Shown here one piece after another: positions 55,459 to 61,768 of a stretch of DNA of 61,768 nucleotides. The position numbers and the translations under genes are program-made. The stretch is from positions 1-61,768 of IMG/VR virus record IMGVR_UViG_3300033388_002585, one strand, 5' to 3'. The DNA comes from a virus. Taxonomy: Duplodnaviria; Caudoviricetes. Position 1 is the first letter of the stretch; each line of letters begins with the position of its first letter. The notes beneath the pieces are model-generated. The model did no database searches, was not told the origin of the DNA, and saw only the letters and a list, made by a program, of their open reading frames with translations.

Positions 55459-57024
55459 CTTTGGGTTCTTCATTATTAATTCTATAGCCTTTTCATCCAG
55501 CACATATGTAATGCACCAATCATCCTCGTGCCTGACTCCTCTCCCTGCTCCTTGTACCAATGATTGGGCGGTCTCACTTTTATACCACAGGTTCCCCCAT
55601 TGCCCGGAGAATGCTCGCGCCTTGGTTACATCGTCTCCCAGGTTTAAGAAAGGAGCCTTGGCCCATATAATGAAACGGCATAAATCATCCTTCAAGTTAA
55701 CTCCACGCATAATAGTAGGTGATACCAAAACATAAGGTTTCTCAGAAGCAACAAAAACATCCATGACCTGATTCTTAAACTCCTGATCATGTAACAATAA
55801 CCTGTTACTGTTTGTATCCATAACTATTTTGGCCAGATTATATGATATGGTATGGATAATACCTTTTTCAGTAGGGTGATCATCCAATATTTCTTTAATC
55901 GACCGCTTAATATCAGGAACGGATGTATTTATGGTATCTTTCGTTAACGAATACGATGGCCTGAGTATGATCTGTCTGTTTTCTATTGGGAATGAACTCT
56001 TAGCCTCCATGTACTCAAAATCACCAGCAGGAATATCAAATACTTTAGAAGTAATTTGTAACGGAGGCTGAGTACCTGACATAAAAATAAACCTCTTGCC
56101 ATATTGCAGGAAGAAATCATTAGACATCTGTTCAGTCAACCATACAGGTTTGAACTCCCAGTATTTTTCGTTACGTTCCCACAACCATGTATCATCAGCA
56201 TATTTTAAAAGATTAGTAAGCCCGGTGATAGTAGAGTTGAGGGTATTTTTTCTTCTCGTTTGTGTTCTTATCTCATCTTCACACTTCTCAACATTACCAC
56301 TGTTTTCTAATTCCTCATAAAGCCCGACAAGTTGATTCTGGATTTTCCCGGTATATTGCTGCAATTTTTCTCTTGTTGAGGCGGCCCATGCTTTCCATGC
56401 TTCAATTCCCCCAGCAGCCTTACTCGTCTTGAACTTTGGAGCCCCCAGCTTAAACTGCTTCACGATCCCTGTGTAGATTCTAAGCTTCACAAACCCCACG
56501 ATAATATTCTCAAGCACATCAGCCTCATCACATATCACAAGAGGTTGATCTTTAAATTCCCCCACATAGTTTACTTCAGTAATATAGTAGGCATAGTTGA
56601 GGATTTTAAACTTAGCCCTCACAACCCTTTCTTTTTGCAACCTGTACGGACATTTATCATAAAACTCACAGTCTTTTTTATTGGGGATACATTCAGCAGC
56701 CGTTAAGAATCGATTGCGTAAACACGGATAATTGGATCGACCTCTGATTTTTTCTGCCTCGGGAAATTCTTCTTCAAGCTGGTCTTGGAGAGCCTTGGAT
56801 GAACATAAATACACACACCCTCCTGCCAGATATCCCATTACCATACCTATTAGACTTTTACCTGATCCGGGTGGCGCATTTAAGAGCCTGATCCTTCTAT
56901 CCGATTCATACAACTCCTCAATAGCTGCTTTTTGTGTTTCCCTGTATCTCTTATCTTGAAAAAATGAAAAGTAATCCTTTGCTTTGTTTAATAGTACATC
57001 AAGTTCTGTCTTTTTTTCTTTCAT
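55417..57024 (-). CDS. DinG/XPD-like SF2 helicase
   Basis: APPGSGKS, GRSNYPC with Cys cluster, DEAD, MSGT, QGAGRGVRH..DW, LD. Confidence 0.9.
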   Translation of the reverse strand: MKEKKTELDVLLNKAKDYFSFFQDKRYRETQKAAIEELYESDRRIRLLNAPPGSGKSLIGMVMGYLAGGCVYLCSSKALQDQLEEEFPEAEKIRGRSNYPCLRNRFLTAAECIPNKKDCEFYDKCPYRLQKERVVRAKFKILNYAYYITEVNYVGEFKDQPLVICDEADVLENIIVGFVKLRIYTGIVKQFKLGAPKFKTSKAAGGIEAWKAWAASTREKLQQYTGKIQNQLVGLYEELENSGNVEKCEDEIRTQTRRKNTLNSTITGLTNLLKYADDTWLWERNEKYWEFKPVWLTEQMSNDFFLQYGKRFIFMSGTQPPLQITSKVFDIPAGDFEYMEAKSSFPIENRQIILRPSYSLTKDTINTSVPDIKRSIKEILDDHPTEKGIIHTISYNLAKIVMDTNSNRLLLHDQEFKNQVMDVFVASEKPYVLVSPTIMRGVNLKDDLCRFIIWAKAPFLNLGDDVTKARAFSGQWGNLWYKSETAQSLVQGAGRGVRHEDDWCITYVLDEKAIELIMKNPKLFPIWFRDAMVFE

Positions 57025-57028
57025 AGCC

Positions 57029-57265
57029 TTACCTCCATTCTTCCTCTCTTTGAGCCCTGTCTTCCAACATCCCCCACAACAACAGGTAATAGTTTACTGA
57101 ATCTGTCATTTTCTCCACGTAATTACTCGGCACCTGCTCTCCCCTCTCTATCTTCTCCACGATGTCTATCACGCTAACTAAAGGCTTCACATACATGCCC
57201 CATAAAGCCTTCTCCCATATTCCAATTGCTGTGTTCAAGAATGATTCAAATTGTTTGTTATTCAT
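57029..57265 (-). CDS. Small hypothetical protein
   Basis: EKMTDSVNYYLLL resembles the C-terminal half of dATP/dGTP diphosphohydrolase-like proteins; possibly a fragment. Confidence 0.55.
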   Translation of the reverse strand: MNNKQFESFLNTAIGIWEKALWGMYVKPLVSVIDIVEKIERGEQVPSNYVEKMTDSVNYYLLLWGMLEDRAQREEEWR

Positions 57266-57267
57266 AA

Positions 57268-57861
57268 CTACACTCCCCCTCCCATCACACTCCCCTTATC
57301 GCTCATTTTCGGATGTATCCTGCACGCCAGTAAATGTGATATATCCCTGCCTTTAGCCCTCAAACTTCTTACTTCAGCAGCTTTACTCTTGGCTATACTC
57401 TGACAATCACTCGGAACGCTCGCCAAAATATCATCTATCTGTTTATTAACTTCCATAATATTCACATTCTCAGACTTTGCGTATTCCAACAACCGGTTAA
57501 CTTCAATGACTACCGTATCGATAGCCTGGACTTGCTCATAGAAGAGGGTATTTCTCCTGACCTGTTCATATAGATTCTTACCATACTGATTCGTAACCTC
57601 ATCTTCCTGCATTTTAAACAATATGGGGATACCTATGTAAATCGCAGCCCTTATAACATCTGATACGGTTTTATATCTCGCCGATGAATCTCTTAATATC
57701 TCAGCCATCCGGCGCATTCTCTGAAAAAACGAAACCGAAGTCTTGGTTGTCAACTCATCTTTGGGGATATTGGTGACAATGGGAATACCCGCTTCTTCAA
57801 AGTTTATCTTATCAACCCATTTTTCTTTTACATTAACATGTTTGGATTCATTTAATTTCAT
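57268..57861 (-). CDS. Hypothetical protein with RHH-like segment
   Basis: GGAGG before MKLNES; YKTVSDVIRAAIYIG. Confidence 0.65.
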   Translation of the reverse strand: MKLNESKHVNVKEKWVDKINFEEAGIPIVTNIPKDELTTKTSVSFFQRMRRMAEILRDSSARYKTVSDVIRAAIYIGIPILFKMQEDEVTNQYGKNLYEQVRRNTLFYEQVQAIDTVVIEVNRLLEYAKSENVNIMEVNKQIDDILASVPSDCQSIAKSKAAEVRSLRAKGRDISHLLACRIHPKMSDKGSVMGGGV

Positions 57862-57916
57862 TCCCTGCCTCCTGTATGGCTCTCCAACACAACACAACCC
57901 GTTATAATATAGTTTG

Positions 57917-58219
57917 CTACTGTTTAGTGGAAGCCATTGCTTTCATTTGTTCAACCATCAATATGTTTTTAATTGAGTTAGTTATACATATTCCGATAGC
58001 TACTCCAAGTTTAAGCTGATCTTCAGTTGTTTCTATGGCTTTCTTAATTGTTGGTGTATTTGTGATAATGTCAAGGAGTTCAGGCATTTCACCTATCTCT
58101 TTAAATACCTTTTCTATATTTTTAGCAAACCCCTCAAAACCATCCCGACTGTTTACATCAATAAAGATATCCGCCACATTTATTACTTTTATATTCTCAT
58201 CCTTTATTTGTTCACCCAT
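57917..58219 (-). CDS. Hypothetical protein
   Basis: GGAG RBS; 100 aa. Confidence 0.6.
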   Translation of the reverse strand: MGEQIKDENIKVINVADIFIDVNSRDGFEGFAKNIEKVFKEIGEMPELLDIITNTPTIKKAIETTEDQLKLGVAIGICITNSIKNILMVEQMKAMASTKQ

Positions 58220-58239
58220 AGATATTCTCCCATTTACAT

Positions 58240-58431
58240 TTATTTTGTATTGAATCCTGCACCATGTTCAATTAAAGCTATCCCCAGCATCATACCCTTT
58301 AAAAAATCTGGGGCAGGATGTTCTTGTAAGTATTGGGTGATATCCTCATGATCATATAATTCGCTCAATGAAACTTGAGCCAATAACCCTTCCGCTCTCT
58401 TGATTACTTCTTTTCTGTTTTCTGCTTTCAT
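58240..58431 (-). CDS. Hypothetical protein
   Basis: AAGGGA RBS; 63 aa. Confidence 0.55.
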   Translation of the reverse strand: MKAENRKEVIKRAEGLLAQVSLSELYDHEDITQYLQEHPAPDFLKGMMLGIALIEHGAGFNTK

Positions 58432-58474
58432 GTTTCTGTCCCTTTCTTGTTTATCTTTTACATCTATTGTACAT

Positions 58475-58957
58475 CTAATTGATTCTCAAATATTTCCCCC
58501 TTAAATTACAGTTTTTCAATATCTTTGCATTATTTTCTCCGTAAGCAATAAGACATGATGGTGCTCCAGCACTATTTTCAGGTTTAGTTCCATCAACGTT
58601 ATAAAAAGTAAGCCGACCCTTGAGAAACATAATCGCTGTAGCTTTAGGCCAAATATAATTAAAGAAGTTTCCAGTTTCAGTACGTGCAAATATAAGGGCA
58701 ATACCATTTCCATGTTCAGCCATTTTTTTTAACCATTTACTGGTTTCCCTGCCATACGGCGGATTGCACCATATTCGCCCTTCCCACGGTTGTATCAATC
58801 CATTATCTATTAACGTATAATGCTTTTTTGCAGTATCCCACGGACGGTTAATCGGAGCACAGGGATCGAGATCAAACTCTCCTAACTCTGTGAATATTTC
58901 TGGTGGAGTTAACCATTCATCTTTGCCTCTAACTGTTCTTTCAAAGGATACATCCAT
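58475..58957 (-). CDS. Phage DNA N6-adenine methyltransferase (Dam-like family)
   Basis: DEWLTP, FDLDPCA, WCNPPYG, ARTET, GRLTF. Confidence 0.9.
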   Translation of the reverse strand: MDVSFERTVRGKDEWLTPPEIFTELGEFDLDPCAPINRPWDTAKKHYTLIDNGLIQPWEGRIWCNPPYGRETSKWLKKMAEHGNGIALIFARTETGNFFNYIWPKATAIMFLKGRLTFYNVDGTKPENSAGAPSCLIAYGENNAKILKNCNLRGKYLRIN

Positions 58958-58958
58958 T

Positions 58959-59453
58959 CTACGCCTCCCTCATTATCTTCACAAACTTAATACATCTATC
59001 CAAAATCCAGCGTTCAATGTCTTTACGACTCCTTGAATAGTAAACATTCAACCCAAACCTGATCTCCAGCGACACCAAATTCTGTCTCACCTGTTCCGGG
59101 GTGGCTTGTGTAAACATCTGTGGAGACAATACATCCGCCTCAGATGCTTCGATAACCAGTCCCTTGAACAAGAAATCCTTACACTTGTCTAACTTTACTC
59201 TGGTTTTATCATGATCTTTAACTAAATATGGAATGAGATCCGAGATTTGTTTACGTTCTATAAAAAATTTATCCTCGAATCCTTTGATTGAATAGTCCCC
59301 GTGGTGTAACGTGTCCCTCGTTAACACTAACCCTTTGGGAAGCTTATGAAACAGCGGCATTTGTTCACGAGTATCCACAACAAGAACCATACCTTCCGGA
59401 AACTTATACGGCTTCAATGTTGATCTTGATGTTGTAGGTGTAGGCAGCTTCAT
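58959..59453 (-). CDS. ERCC4-domain nuclease
   Basis: VDTREQ, GDYS, IERKQISDL, LVIEAS. Confidence 0.9.
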   Translation of the reverse strand: MKLPTPTTSRSTLKPYKFPEGMVLVVDTREQMPLFHKLPKGLVLTRDTLHHGDYSIKGFEDKFFIERKQISDLIPYLVKDHDKTRVKLDKCKDFLFKGLVIEASEADVLSPQMFTQATPEQVRQNLVSLEIRFGLNVYYSRSRKDIERWILDRCIKFVKIMREA

Positions 59454-59686
59454 AAGAATTCCACCGTCATTGGTTCTGGCGCTGAGTGATCCTGACCCAA
59501 ATATTCAACCCCCTCACGCCATAAACTAAACGGAAACCACGCATTACCGTCTTTTCTTACTTCACAAAAAATATCCTTCTCATCAAACCATTCGATCCAT
59601 TCATCAAAGTCCGTGATACGTTTTTGAAACTTGCTGAACCGAAACATTGGAATACCGCTATCAGTTTCTTTCCCATTTTTTCTCAT
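59450..59686 (-). CDS. Hypothetical protein
   Basis: GGAGG RBS; stop overlaps the next start. Confidence 0.6.
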   Translation of the reverse strand: MRKNGKETDSGIPMFRFSKFQKRITDFDEWIEWFDEKDIFCEVRKDGNAWFPFSLWREGVEYLGQDHSAPEPMTVEFL

Positions 59687-59799
59687 TGATCGTTTCCTCC
59701 CTTGTGGAATTAAAAAAAAGAGAGAGAGTAAGAGAATTGATACCCTCTCCCTTTTTGCATGTCAGGCTAATCAGGTTAAAATATTACCATTAAGCCTGT

Positions 59800-60348
59800 T
59801 TACCAGCCTTGTTCCTGTTCTGGCTCACCACTATCCTCGCCATCCATAACTTCAGGCACAAGCGCAGGCTTAACCGCAGCTTTTCCAGCACCACCAGTAC
59901 CAACAGGAGCCTTTTTGTCTACCATAAACCTCACAATATCGGCTCTCTCTTTGCCTGTCTTGGGATTCTTGGATATTTCCACATCTCCCTTCATGGTACG
60001 TTCAGGCAAGTCAATGATAAGTTGCTGGATAACCCTTGGATCGTCCGCTTCAATGTCTCCTGGAAACTTTTTCATATAAGCGTTATACAGTCCAGCGGCG
60101 TTGATAAGTCCACCAAGTAACTTGCGCGTAAACTCTTTACCAGACAATGTAACAAAGATGCCGATAGGAATATTCTCAAACTCATCATGATCAATGATTT
60201 TCGTGGGCACATAAAACGATTCATGTTTATCACCCTTATCATTTGTATACTCCGTCAGCCTTGCGCCTTCCTGGAATTCAAGACGATACGTTCCTTTTTC
60301 GGGAAGCGGAAAACTTAAATCAAACTCATCTCTTTTTTCTATCTTCAT
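59800..60348 (-). CDS. Probable ssDNA-binding protein (DUF669-like)
   Basis: LPEKGTY start, OB-like beta pattern, acidic tail ending in W; follows the AAA_24 gene. Confidence 0.6.
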   Translation of the reverse strand: MKIEKRDEFDLSFPLPEKGTYRLEFQEGARLTEYTNDKGDKHESFYVPTKIIDHDEFENIPIGIFVTLSGKEFTRKLLGGLINAAGLYNAYMKKFPGDIEADDPRVIQQLIIDLPERTMKGDVEISKNPKTGKERADIVRFMVDKKAPVGTGGAGKAAVKPALVPEVMDGEDSGEPEQEQGW

Positions 60349-60448
60349 AACTATACTCCTTTACTTTAATTTTTTGGTTTATACTTCTTGAACATTAAAA
60401 TACAACATGTTATTATTTAACCCTACCAATTAACCTTACCATTTAACC

Positions 60449-61393
60449 CTACCAATCATCATTTGCTGGCTCTATCTCTTTTTTATCCTCCTTTTCTTTA
60501 TTTTCTTTTACCTTAATCTTACTTTCTCCAGCATCCTTCTTGGCCTGAATCTGTGCTGCACCAGATACCGTCCCCATCTTCTTAACAAGTTCGATAGTCT
60601 TTGACCCCCCTAATATCTTATTGAAATCGAGAATCCCCTGCATCACTTTTACTCCAACCGGACGTGGCCCGGAATACTTACACAGAAATCCACCATCACC
60701 TTCAAAGGATATCTTGGGTGGAAATACCCGTTCCATCGAATAGGTTCCATCAGACTGAACCACTCTTTGATATCTCGGAGTAACCAGACCAATCATATCC
60801 ACGAATCCTGGAAAGTTACGCGGAAATTCCCTGCCAGCCAATGCCGGACCTGCCGACAACTCCCTGTCCCATTTAGGTTTTTCATCCAGCAAACATGTAA
60901 CCACTACAACCTTGCCTGAAGCAGATACCAGACCCAACAACTTCATAAGGCGACCCATTTGTGATGACATGCCCCCGTATCCCTCAAGCGACATCTTGGC
61001 CATATTAATGATAGGCTTGATTTTTTGCTCGGCTATTGTTTTGGCATCATATGTTTCGTTTTCAATTTCAGATGACAGGGATACGTTCATGAGAAATGAT
61101 AACGAATCTAAGAACAGCGATCCATATTCTTTATAGTCATCAGGATTAGCAAGGATATCAGACAAATAATCAAGAAGACTGAACCAGTCTGTATACCTGA
61201 TCACATCAATATCATCTGGATTTCTGCCTGAAGCCTCGATTGCTCCTGCTGGATTTCGGGGTTCTGTTACAATGTTAAGAATTCTGCCCGGTAACGATTG
61301 ATAACACGAAGTCGTTTTTCCTTCTCCTGTCTCTGAGTATATTACGATAAAACGACCCATTGACGAAAGATTTGTTGCCTTAACTATTTCCAT
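60449..61393 (-). CDS. AAA_24 / Sak4-like ATPase
   Basis: YSETGEGKTT, LFLDSLS, PALAG...PGFVDMIG; GGAGG before MEIVK. Confidence 0.8.
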   Translation of the reverse strand: MEIVKATNLSSMGRFIVIYSETGEGKTTSCYQSLPGRILNIVTEPRNPAGAIEASGRNPDDIDVIRYTDWFSLLDYLSDILANPDDYKEYGSLFLDSLSFLMNVSLSSEIENETYDAKTIAEQKIKPIINMAKMSLEGYGGMSSQMGRLMKLLGLVSASGKVVVVTCLLDEKPKWDRELSAGPALAGREFPRNFPGFVDMIGLVTPRYQRVVQSDGTYSMERVFPPKISFEGDGGFLCKYSGPRPVGVKVMQGILDFNKILGGSKTIELVKKMGTVSGAAQIQAKKDAGESKIKVKENKEKEDKKEIEPANDDW

Positions 61394-61464
61394 TTTCTGT
61401 TTTCCTCCCTTTCTTTTATATAACTTATTATTATTTAACCACCTGTTACTATTCAATTACCTGC

Positions 61465-61596
61465 TCAGCCACCAAACAACCATCCGCTTATAGTCCAGAT
61501 ACCGACAATCCACGGCGTAACAACAAGAGCAAGTAGGGCTATGGGAATAAACACATCTTTTCCCTCTACTACACGTTTATCTAACCATTTATTCAT
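61465..61596 (-). CDS. Small membrane protein (43 aa)
   Basis: AAGGAG RBS; MNKWLDKRVVEGKDVFIPIALLALVVTPWIVGIWTISGWLFGG. Confidence 0.55.
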   Translation of the reverse strand: MNKWLDKRVVEGKDVFIPIALLALVVTPWIVGIWTISGWLFGG

Positions 61597-61654
61597 TATG
61601 CATTCTCCTTAAACATCCTCCTTATCCCCCTTCTTCAACCTCAACTTCATCAAC

Positions 61655-61768
61655 CACCGGCTTTTCGTTGTCCCTTCTCCCAAACAGTTCTTCATTCATT
61701 GCCTGTCCATTTACACACAGGGGATAATATTCACATTCAAATGGGGAAGTGCAGGAGCCATGACGCTG
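61655..61768. repeat. Direct terminal repeat, right copy
   Basis: Identical to 1-114. Confidence 0.97.

Noticed and set aside
1-61768. Alternative genetic code
   Set aside because: Long genes are intact under the standard code and end in TAA, TAG and TGA.

Overview
The window looks like a complete circular (or circularly permuted) dsDNA tailed-phage genome of about 61.65 kb; bases 1-114 recur exactly at 61655-61768. The layout is podovirus-like, with no tape measure, sheath or tail tube, but with adaptor paralogs, a nozzle-like protein and large ejection-type proteins. Two arms diverge from a repeat-rich, largely non-coding region at about 8.9-10.7 kb. The minus-strand arm (8863 to 1, continuing across the join to 54198) carries a MoxR-AAA/vWA-peptidase trio, small hypotheticals, a Cas4-like nuclease spanning the join, an AAA_24 ATPase, an SSB-like protein, an ERCC4 nuclease, a Dam-type methylase and a DinG-like helicase. 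The plus-strand arm (10766-54002) carries accessory genes, tRNA-Pro, terminase, portal, tail fibres, lysis genes, capsid, tail and a 2696-aa polyvalent protein. I recognised no polymerase, primase, integrase or CRISPR array. The most unusual observations are: (1) two small +1-frame genes with strong RBSs nested inside the polyvalent protein, each at the end of a toxin-like domain (candidate built-in antidotes); (2) an HNH endonuclease gene nested out of frame inside the terminase intein while the intein frame stays open; (3) a candidate ~290-nt structured RNA with about 11 periodic AAG repeats directly after a DIP1984-like gene. All family assignments are by-eye motif recognition, not database searches.
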